From the IMG/VR virus record IMGVR_UViG_3300030708_001519, positions 1-25,787 of that record: a DNA stretch of 25,787 bases. One strand, given 5' to 3'. Under the pieces are notes generated by a model. The model had not been told where the DNA came from and made no database searches. It saw only the letters and a list, made by a program, of their open reading frames with translations. Positions 18,860-25,787 of the stretch are shown one piece after another. The position numbers and the translations under genes are program-made. The stretch comes from a virus (lineage: Duplodnaviria > Caudoviricetes). How positions within the stretch are numbered: the first letter of the stretch is position 1; every line of letters starts with the position of its first letter.

Positions 18860-19284
18860 TACCTCAGCCTCTCTAAGGCAACCGTGACTCGAATGGGTTG
18901 CTCGTTATTTCTGATTCGGAATACTATCGATACATCGAAAGCATTTTGGTCTGGACTTGTTTTGACAGTCACATCAATCACTGTCACTCTAGGTTCATTT
19001 TCTGCAAGAACGTCAAGGATCTGCTGTTGAATTAGAGTCGCGGTAACTGGAGTTGCCGGTTCAAAAAGAAGACTCCTAATACCACCATTGATATTGGGTC
19101 TGAAGAATCTCTCATTCCTATTTGTTAGGATGAGATTCCGAACCGAGCGTTTGATCGCCTCCTCATCAAAAAGTCTATCTACATCATTTGTATTTGGATT
19201 CCTACCAAAGTCTAAATCCAAATCGATGAAGCGTTCAACCTGTCTTTGTGTGGGGGACGTATTGCTGTTTCTATATTGAACCAT
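18859..19284 (-). CDS. gp25: Baseplate wedge subunit gp25
   Basis: 141 aa with FIDLDLDFGRNP.TNDV....DEEAIKRSVRNLILTN..ERFF.P....GIRSLLFE, EPRV and C-terminal LERLR. TAATG overlap with gp6. Confidence 0.95.
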   Translation of the reverse strand: MVQYRNSNTSPTQRQVERFIDLDLDFGRNPNTNDVDRLFDEEAIKRSVRNLILTNRNERFFRPNINGGIRSLLFEPATPVTATLIQQQILDVLAENEPRVTVIDVTVKTSPDQNAFDVSIVFRIRNNEQPIRVTVALERLR

Positions 19285-19288
19285 TCAA

Positions 19289-19930
19289 TTATCCCTCCGA
19301 AATCAAAGCCTGTACGATTGATCGCTTTTCTTTCATTTCTGATTCGATCTTCTCAGCGTTAGCATCATCCATGTGCTTCAAACTACACCACTCTAAACAT
19401 AGGTAGCCCACAATTACACCTTTTGCTTGGCAAAAAATTGGCAGATTACATGTCATCAAGACTCTTTGTGACTCTAAAAACGATTTCCAAAAAGAGTCTT
19501 CCATTTCACTAATGATGAGTGGTGTTGGATCATCCTTAGACACATGTTCAATGAGGTGAGTAAATGCACTAACAACCATCTCCTTCTTTTTCTGCAATGT
19601 TGATTCGATTGCGAGAGCAAGGGACTCATGTGTGACGGAAAACTTCTTCATCGAAGATCCAGACTCAAATGTGCCGCCGTTGTGGAACATACAAATTTGG
19701 GCCCTGCCCGCGCCCGTGAGAACTCTCAACTCAGTAAGTTGTTCGTGTACTTTTGTATGTACCGCGATAGTATGTTGCTTGAACGGAGAACAACCCTTTG
19801 ATTTCTTCAGTCCCATGATTGATTTGAAAACAAAGGCAAGCCCAATGACAAACATACCGACTGCTAAGCCGACATCCATCCATGATCCAAACACATCTAT
19901 GTTGAAAAACTGATTATCGGATTGTGTCAT
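19289..19930 (-). CDS. Single-TM + GAF-like domain protein, putative T4 T-type holin
   Basis: 213 aa with an N-terminal hydrophobic helix (VGLAVGMFVIGLAFVF), then LTELR..TGAGRA.I.MFHNG and LPI.....IVGYLCLEW (GAF-like pattern). Confidence 0.55.
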   Translation of the reverse strand: MTQSDNQFFNIDVFGSWMDVGLAVGMFVIGLAFVFKSIMGLKKSKGCSPFKQHTIAVHTKVHEQLTELRVLTGAGRAQICMFHNGGTFESGSSMKKFSVTHESLALAIESTLQKKKEMVVSAFTHLIEHVSKDDPTPLIISEMEDSFWKSFLESQRVLMTCNLPIFCQAKGVIVGYLCLEWCSLKHMDDANAEKIESEMKEKRSIVQALISEG

Positions 19931-19950
19931 CTGAGTCCTTCTCCCGAATC

Positions 19951-19958
19951 TATGTATG
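19951..19958 (-). promoter_or_regulatory. Putative late promoter CATACATA upstream of the holin-like gene
   Basis: ATACATA core in a 30-nt intergenic gap, followed by an SD-like GGGAGAAGGA and the ATG at 19930. Confidence 0.55.
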
Positions 19959-19960
19959 GT

Positions 19961-20911
19961 TTACAGATTGAGTGTTTCACCTGCCCCGGCGATATCTTCA
20001 TCGACACCAACTTGACTTGCAATTTCCTGACCCAACGCATTTACATCTGGTGCGCCAATACTACCCATCAGTTTGGTAAGGAAACACGGATCCATATAGA
20101 AATCAAGAACAGAGATACCCAACGCCTGTTTCGCTAGGTAATCAACCGCACCAACGTAAGCATTCAGATCACCATCCATAAGATTCTGAACACCGGCAGC
20201 GACACCACTAATTTGGTTTGCAATCTGATCGATGTTTTCGTTGCCTAGTGGGAACTCTTGAATAAACTCCAAAACATCACCCTCCATCAATGTTTGGAGA
20301 GTTCCCATTGAATCGTTGCCTGGGCCCAGCACAGAGTTGAAGATTGGCGAGAAGTGATCTTCGAGTGCTTGGCCGGGATCACTCAGTAGTTCTTTTCCAT
20401 TGTTGTAAGCAGAGGCAATTCCAGCAAGACTAGCGATACCACCAAATTCACCAGAGGATCCACCCACTCCAAAGTTATCACTACTATCATCGAACATACT
20501 CACACCACTAAGTCTATCTGTGTGTACCTGCATTCCATTGATTGCATTTTGAGCATCGGCAAGTGCCTGTTGTAGACCTTCATTCCCTCCATATCCACCC
20601 GGGCCCGTGTACGTTAGTGGATTGATATTTCCAAAGACATTCACCGTTTGCTCCGAGGTAATTCCGGTATTGGGATCAGTAACGATTTCAGTAGTTGTAC
20701 CAAGAAGCGTATTGACGCTAAAGTTCAAAGCGTTGCTCAAAGAGTTTTGAGCATCTGTAATCGCACCCTGCACTGGATTGACAAATGCCTCTCCACTTAC
20801 CACTTTATTGATAAGAGTCTTCTGACTATCGCTAAGTTTCATTACACCGACTTGACAACCATCGGTGGGAAACAAGTCTCTTGTAAATTGTGGAATCGTT
20901 GGTGTTGACAT
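19961..20911 (-). CDS. Hypothetical acidic protein downstream of PAAR (probably virion-associated)
   Basis: 316-aa ORF with a strong SD (AAGGAG). No recognisable catalytic motif. Confidence 0.75.
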   Translation of the reverse strand: MSTPTIPQFTRDLFPTDGCQVGVMKLSDSQKTLINKVVSGEAFVNPVQGAITDAQNSLSNALNFSVNTLLGTTTEIVTDPNTGITSEQTVNVFGNINPLTYTGPGGYGGNEGLQQALADAQNAINGMQVHTDRLSGVSMFDDSSDNFGVGGSSGEFGGIASLAGIASAYNNGKELLSDPGQALEDHFSPIFNSVLGPGNDSMGTLQTLMEGDVLEFIQEFPLGNENIDQIANQISGVAAGVQNLMDGDLNAYVGAVDYLAKQALGISVLDFYMDPCFLTKLMGSIGAPDVNALGQEIASQVGVDEDIAGAGETLNL

Positions 20912-20921
20912 AATGTACTCC

Positions 20922-21191
20922 TTATGAACCTACTGTTACTGTTCGTGAACCTGTTGTCTGTGGGTGACCACAACTCCCTATACTATTCAAACGAGTGACA
21001 CCAATCCCCCCGACCGTTACCTTTGTAGATCCAGTGGTGACCTCGGCAATGTGAACTGGATCCTCGTCGTGTGGTGTGATCGGTGAACCAATGACTGCAA
21101 CAGGTTGCCCATCTGCCGTCACTGTGTTGACTAGACTACTAAGAATGGGTGCGCCTACAAAATCTCCTACTCTGCCTATTGGTAAACTCAT
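20922..21191 (-). CDS. gp5.4: PAAR-repeat baseplate spike tip protein (gp5.4-like)
   Basis: 89 aa with three PAAR-like repeats (PIGRVGD, PVAVIGS, GVTRLNS), His/Cys metal-ligand candidates (PH, VH, SCGH) and TGS..V.V motifs. Confidence 0.9.
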   Translation of the reverse strand: MSLPIGRVGDFVGAPILSSLVNTVTADGQPVAVIGSPITPHDEDPVHIAEVTTGSTKVTVGGIGVTRLNSIGSCGHPQTTGSRTVTVGS

Positions 21192-22342
21192 GACACACTC
21201 GCAAACTCAAAATCTTCGTTTTGGATCGCACCAAGATTTAGTCCATTATTCAGTTTGTAGAGTGCAGAGTCTCTGCGAATCCGATAGTCTTGATTTGCAT
21301 AATCCACAAAATCTGTCGTTGCAACTGCGGTGACTGTAAAGGTATTTTCATATTCATCAAGATTATTGAAGTTACCAGATGTTGCATCACCAATACCAAT
21401 CTGCGTTCCATATTGTTTATCGTCATTATCTGCGTGTGCAGTGACAGCGTAACCACCAACATCGTAAATGATACAATTTTCTATCAGTATACCGCCCACG
21501 GAATCAGCAGCGGATTCACCATTGATTCCATTTCCTCCACATCGTGTGATTGTGTTGTTGACAAATGTTCCGTTTCTCTCCAATGTTGATTGTAGGTCAA
21601 TACCATCTCCGTGAACATTATCAATCACACAATTTACCACTTGGTGAGCAAAGGTATCACTTTTTGTGCCGTGTCCATCGCCGCTGCCTGATGTGCCTGA
21701 ACCATACAATCGACAGTTGACGAGTGTAGAGTAGTGAGTTCCCCCGTTGTGAGCAATACAGTTGAACTTTGTGCCACCTGCGACTAACTCACACATCACC
21801 ATTTTTCCACCGAAGTTATTGTGAACCCGTGCGTTGTTATTGCTCGCACTTGAGTTGTTACCAAACTTTATAAACAAACCGTGGTAAAAGTTTTGTCTTG
21901 ATTCTTGAAAAGTCTGGTTGAGAACACCACCCAGACTGTATGATGTGCTTGTATTTTCTATATGCAAACATTTGTAAATCGTTGCGATTCCAGCAGAATC
22001 ATACATCGTGGTGTTACTTGTCACCACAATCTTTGGATAGTCGGTGGTATCAAGATGTGACTGCGAATCGTCAGTCCACTTTGGTTCAAGAAGATTGCCG
22101 TCCGCATCTGCACCAACCCAGAAGTGTGGATTGTCTGAGTTTGGATCGGTAGATGTCGGACCCAACTCAACATTTACTGTGTAGGTTCCGGCAAGAAAAA
22201 TCCAACGAGTGTTTTGTCTTGTCTCTGCAATAATGTCGGATGTCCACGAAGTTCCAGTGATTGCTGCCTTTGCGTTTGCAGCCGATGATCCGTCTTGCAG
22301 TCCTGCTCCCGATGGTGAATAGTAAACATCTGTGAGTGCCAT
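21188..22342 (-). CDS. Right-handed beta-helix (pectin-lyase-like) protein
   Basis: 384 aa with N-terminal YYSPSGAG..DGSS.ANA, repeated V.NC.I.N...DGI / NNTIT.CGGNGI / IENCIIY rungs, and C-terminal FVDYANQDYRI...S....LGA.Q. SD AAGGAG. Confidence 0.75.
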   Translation of the reverse strand: MALTDVYYSPSGAGLQDGSSAANAKAAITGTSWTSDIIAETRQNTRWIFLAGTYTVNVELGPTSTDPNSDNPHFWVGADADGNLLEPKWTDDSQSHLDTTDYPKIVVTSNTTMYDSAGIATIYKCLHIENTSTSYSLGGVLNQTFQESRQNFYHGLFIKFGNNSSASNNNARVHNNFGGKMVMCELVAGGTKFNCIAHNGGTHYSTLVNCRLYGSGTSGSGDGHGTKSDTFAHQVVNCVIDNVHGDGIDLQSTLERNGTFVNNTITRCGGNGINGESAADSVGGILIENCIIYDVGGYAVTAHADNDDKQYGTQIGIGDATSGNFNNLDEYENTFTVTAVATTDFVDYANQDYRIRRDSALYKLNNGLNLGAIQNEDFEFASVS

Positions 22343-22352
22343 TATCTACTCC

Positions 22353-24971
22353 TTAGTCATCTATGATTACTTTATTATAAGAAAAATACGCATTGAGTCC
22401 AGTGATGCCGCTACCAATTCCATCGACTTGCAGGTAAACAAATTTTTTCGTTACAGAGGGAATTGAAAAGGATGATAAACTTGCCGTTGCTCCGATTGCA
22501 GTTGAAGCAGCGTTCACTCTTCCAACCAATGCCGTTGAACCAGATGCCGGATTGAGGTAATCATTAGTTGCGATAAAACTAATCGTCACACCGCCCGCCG
22601 TTGCACCTCGAACACCACCCTCAATTGGATCGAAACGATATGGTACGAAGTGTAATGCAGTTTGTCTTGCACCCGTCGAAATATTTGATGATGATTGAAT
22701 ATTAAAGTGCGCGACATCCCCCTGCGTAGCAACAACGTCTCCTGTGGCACTATTTACAGATGTTACAAACTGATCAAGGCTATGAATATTTGAACCATCT
22801 GCAAAGGTAATTGACTCTACCTTTCCGATTCCATATGGAAAATCCACTCGACCAGAAAGTGTATCCATAGATATACCTTCGACCGTAACGTATGGGTCAC
22901 CAGAAACTCCTGTGTGGAAACCAAAGTAAAAGTTTCCTGTGTGACCACGATATCCAAGTGTCCGACCAAGTGCGGTAACTCCATCAAAACCTTTAAAGTT
23001 GGCTATTGATGATGCTTTTGCAGTATATTTTTTTCTTGGGCTACCACCGGGATAAAAGGAACTCGTTTCTGTGTATGAAAGAATTCCACTTGCAATTTTG
23101 TCCCCGGAAGCGTTTTCAATTGTGACAACTCCGGGTCCAACATTAGTGCCTCTAGCACCAATACTTTCAATAGTGCCATCTTGTCCATCAGCACCCGTGG
23201 CTCCTGTGGCTCCGGGCGGACCAGTGGCTCCTGTGGCTCCTGTGGCTCCGGGCGCACCATCGGCTCCGTCTGCACCTGCCGGACCTTGAGGACCGCTCGC
23301 ACCATTCAAAACAGAAAATGATGGTGCAGAAGTTGATTCGATGATGCTAGTGACTCCATCGGAATCAATAATTTCAAAAGAGATACCACAACTTAATTCA
23401 ATGTTGTTTTGTGTTACACCAGATGGATGTGTTTGATCAGAAGTGATACTCACAATTGTAAGTGTCATTCCCGTCACACCAGCACCAGTCTTGCCTCGTT
23501 CACCTGTTGCTCCTGTAACTCCATCCGCACCAGAAGCACCTTGAGTACCGATGGTGGATAAGAACACCGTAGTGCCTGCCGCAAGTGTCACCCCATCAAA
23601 TGAGTTCAAAGCAAATTGTTGAAATCTGTTGTTTACTCTTACAATTCCACCGATTGTTCCGTCATTTAGAGTCACACCATCTGTGGTGGTGACGAGCATT
23701 TCATCTGCGAGAGGAATCTTATTCAGAACAGGCTGAATGTTAGTCCCTCTTTTTGTATCAATCGTAGGCACGACAAACATGGTGGAACCACTGATTCCCA
23801 GACTCATTCTGCCCGGAGTGAAATCGTCTTTATTACCCAAATCTGCAAACCGAAGAATAGCGTTTGTGGAGGGCTTGCTGCCAAGATCAAAACTAACTCC
23901 CAAGACGCACGCATCGGGTTGGGTCGCAACCGGACCAAGGACTTGGACAGAAACATTTTGAAGCCTTGTGATTGTATAAATTTCACTTTCTTGGGCGAAA
24001 ATCAACTCGACACCCATCGTCTCTGTCTCTCTTGATGTGTCAAAGCGACTTTCTAAATTATTAAAGAATGATGATGCGTCTTTTCCATCTAAGTCAGTTA
24101 AGGCAAACGTATATTGAGTTGTACCTACTGCGTTTGGAATAATTACTCCGTCTGGCGGTGGGAGTGGGTTAAGAAACGATCCCATTTTATATCTAAATGT
24201 CTCAACAATATCGTAGTCAAATCCTGCGGCAGACGCACCATCCACACCATCTTGCCCCGTAGATCCTGTCGCACCACGAACCTCACCCACGTTGATCACG
24301 GCAGTGGTCGCACCATCCCCATCAATTGTGTCAAAAGTGAGTCTACCATCTGCCGTGAGTTTTGGATTTGTAAGACCAGCCCCAGTTTTGCCGCTAGTTT
24401 CCTTGAAGATAAAAACAAAATCACCAATCGTAAATGGTGAGGTAAATCCTGAGCCAGACGCACCAGTGATCTGTCTAAAATTAGCACCAGAAACCGCAGT
24501 GACTCCATCAAGTTTGAGAGAAACTTGTGTTGCCCCTACCAGTGATTTAATTGTCAGAGTTGTATTTCTTGGGTTCGATGCAATCTCATTAAAAAAGACA
24601 CCCGTGTCATTTTCATCAAGATCAACATTGTTAAAGATCAGAGTGTTTGACGTAGCACCTTGGACACCAAGAAGTGCGACCCCTGTTGTACCCGGACTTA
24701 CGTTGATTAGATATTTAAATCCGGCAGGTTTGACAACATCCCCAACGTCCAACGTGGCTCCCGTATCAAGCGATACAGATAACTTGCCATCATCTCCAAC
24801 CTTAACATCACTGACACCCACACCCGTAGCACCAGTCGCTCCACGCTGTCCTAAATCAGAGCGAAAGAACACCGAGCCATCCCAAGTCCAAATCTTTGTG
24901 CCAACACCAAATGTTGCACCGATTGGAGGGACAGATAGAGTTGTGCCAGAGGTCGGAAATTTGAATGTCAT
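22353..24971 (-). CDS. Collagen-like fibre protein
   Basis: 872 aa with an N-terminal F.FP...P.G.......WTWDG attachment-type motif, four G-X-Y tracts, and VTSVNSATGDV before the C-terminal domain. Confidence 0.85.
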   Translation of the reverse strand: MTFKFPTSGTTLSVPPIGATFGVGTKIWTWDGSVFFRSDLGQRGATGATGVGVSDVKVGDDGKLSVSLDTGATLDVGDVVKPAGFKYLINVSPGTTGVALLGVQGATSNTLIFNNVDLDENDTGVFFNEIASNPRNTTLTIKSLVGATQVSLKLDGVTAVSGANFRQITGASGSGFTSPFTIGDFVFIFKETSGKTGAGLTNPKLTADGRLTFDTIDGDGATTAVINVGEVRGATGSTGQDGVDGASAAGFDYDIVETFRYKMGSFLNPLPPPDGVIIPNAVGTTQYTFALTDLDGKDASSFFNNLESRFDTSRETETMGVELIFAQESEIYTITRLQNVSVQVLGPVATQPDACVLGVSFDLGSKPSTNAILRFADLGNKDDFTPGRMSLGISGSTMFVVPTIDTKRGTNIQPVLNKIPLADEMLVTTTDGVTLNDGTIGGIVRVNNRFQQFALNSFDGVTLAAGTTVFLSTIGTQGASGADGVTGATGERGKTGAGVTGMTLTIVSITSDQTHPSGVTQNNIELSCGISFEIIDSDGVTSIIESTSAPSFSVLNGASGPQGPAGADGADGAPGATGATGATGPPGATGATGADGQDGTIESIGARGTNVGPGVVTIENASGDKIASGILSYTETSSFYPGGSPRKKYTAKASSIANFKGFDGVTALGRTLGYRGHTGNFYFGFHTGVSGDPYVTVEGISMDTLSGRVDFPYGIGKVESITFADGSNIHSLDQFVTSVNSATGDVVATQGDVAHFNIQSSSNISTGARQTALHFVPYRFDPIEGGVRGATAGGVTISFIATNDYLNPASGSTALVGRVNAASTAIGATASLSSFSIPSVTKKFVYLQVDGIGSGITGLNAYFSYNKVIIDD
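23169..23303 (-). repeat. Collagen (Gly-X-Y)15 tract with 9-bp tandem units
   Basis: GAS GPQ GPA GAD GAD GAP GAT GAT GAT GPP GAT GAT GAD GQD GTI. The plus-strand unit GTGGCTCC(T/G) occurs five times, and a 22-bp direct repeat lies at 23197-23218 and 23233-23254. Confidence 0.9.
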
Positions 24972-24974
24972 ATA

Positions 24975-25787
24975 TTATCTAACCTTTACTTTTTTACCTC
25001 TTCTTTTATTTATTTTGGCTTTCGCTTGTTTTTCTTTACGAAGTTCGGCTCTTTTGAGTTTTTCTTCGACTTCTGATTTAGCACGCAAAATCTCTGCCTG
25101 TTTTCTTGCAGCCTCTTGCTGCTCCAACCAGTTTCCGTAATGCTTGAAGTTATTTACAATTCTTTCTTCATGTTCTTTCGGGAACTTTTTCTCCGTGAGG
25201 AGTTTATTGCTGGCATCAAGACCCGCCATCATATCACCCGCATAATACGCGGAGGATGCCAGTTCATCCCAACACATCCAGTTGTAGATGTCCGCCGAAA
25301 GGAAAAGAATGTCTTGTTCTGGATAAGGAATCTTTACCGCTTGAGAGGCAAACAAGTAACCAAGTCTTGGGTTTCCATTTTCTCTGTGAATACGGGCAAG
25401 TTGATACAGCGGTTCACTTCTATGTGGTCGCATGTTATACGCCTGCAAGAAGTGGTCTTGTGCTTCTGCCCAGTTTTTATTGAGAAGGCATTTGCAGATT
25501 GCGATTCGGTAGACCGAATACCATTGCTCCTCTTCCCAGCCACCCTGCTCGGCTCTTTTAATATACCACTCCATTGCCTTTTCAAAATTTTGTGCATCAA
25601 AATATGATTGTGCTGCATAGAAAGTGTATCGCTGATTGTTGGGTTCATAGTTTTCACTTTCTGGATTGGTCAGACAATCGACGAGCAACTCGGCATCGGC
25701 AGTGTATTTTGCAACTTGATCTTCTCCAAACGATTGAGTTCTGTTTCCCATCGTTCGGGCTTCAACATGATAGTCTCCTGAAACTTT
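24975..25787 (-). CDS. TPR-containing protein, probably the C-terminal part of a family-2 glycosyltransferase (5' truncated)
   Basis: The frame stays open to the window edge (KVSGDYHVEARTMGNR...). The motifs KY..DAELL...L...PNN.RY.FY.AQSY.DA...EKA.EWY.KR...GGW.EE.WYS.Y and AY..RP.RSEPLY.LA are typical of GT2-TPR proteins. The catalytic domain itself is outside the window. Confidence 0.72.
   Translation of the reverse strand, partial: KVSGDYHVEARTMGNRTQSFGEDQVAKYTADAELLVDCLTNPESENYEPNNQRYTFYAAQSYFDAQNFEKAMEWYIKRAEQGGWEEEQWYSVYRIAICKCLLNKNWAEAQDHFLQAYNMRPHRSEPLYQLARIHRENGNPRLGYLFASQAVKIPYPEQDILFLSADIYNWMCWDELASSAYYAGDMMAGLDASNKLLTEKKFPKEHEERIVNNFKHYGNWLEQQEAARKQAEILRAKSEVEEKLKRAELRKEKQAKAKINKRRGKKVKVR

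Noticed and set aside
12374-21191. Bacterial T6SS/eCIS or tailocin locus (PAAR + gp25 + wedge)
   Set aside because: Neck genes gp13/gp14, T4-type gp6/7/8, VrlC and late promoters indicate a T4-like phage genome.
23197-23254. CRISPR-like or DGR repeat
   Set aside because: The repeats are in-frame collagen codons without spacers; no reverse transcriptase or adenine-specific TR/VR pair was noticed.
24292-25140. 282-aa plus-strand ORF
   Set aside because: Antisense shadow of the Gly/Thr-rich collagen gene (Pro/Val/Ala-rich mirror composition); no recognisable motif.
25749-25751. ATG start of the 258-aa ORF
   Set aside because: The frame remains open to the window edge, so the gene is 5'-truncated and this Met is probably internal.
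1-25787. tRNA, rRNA, introns, inteins, stop-codon recoding, intrinsic terminators
   Set aside because: Genes are contiguous and intact in code 11 with TAA/TGA/TAG stops, gaps are too small for RNA genes, and no homing endonuclease, intein motif or hairpin+U-tract was seen by eye.

Overview
This window is part of the late (virion) region of a large T4-like myovirus, with a cyanophage/pelagiphage-type architecture and an unknown host. All credible genes lie on the minus strand, tightly packed, in standard genetic code. In transcription order (right to left) they are: a partial TPR protein, probably the C-terminus of a GT2 glycosyltransferase; a collagen-like fibre; a beta-helix protein; PAAR spike tip gp5.4; an acidic hypothetical protein; a TM+GAF-like putative holin; gp25, gp6, gp7 and gp8; a 2053-aa VrlC-like protein with a fused fibre-tip domain; a fibre chaperone; a 2OG-Fe(II) oxygenase-like protein (HxN); a ParB/Srx-like protein; two Gly/Thr-rich fibre-like proteins; neck gp13; and partial neck gp14. 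The most interesting signals are: (i) a possible virion-protein modification system, made up of the TPR/GT gene, the collagen GxT fibre, G-x-T/S motifs across nearly all structural proteins, and an oxygenase+ParB cassette inside the tail operon; (ii) an unannotated 43-codon Lys/Arg-rich ORF before gp13; (iii) a T4 holin T-like protein inside the baseplate cluster; and (iv) variant late promoters (ATACATA). Family assignments come from motif recognition by eye; no database searches were run.
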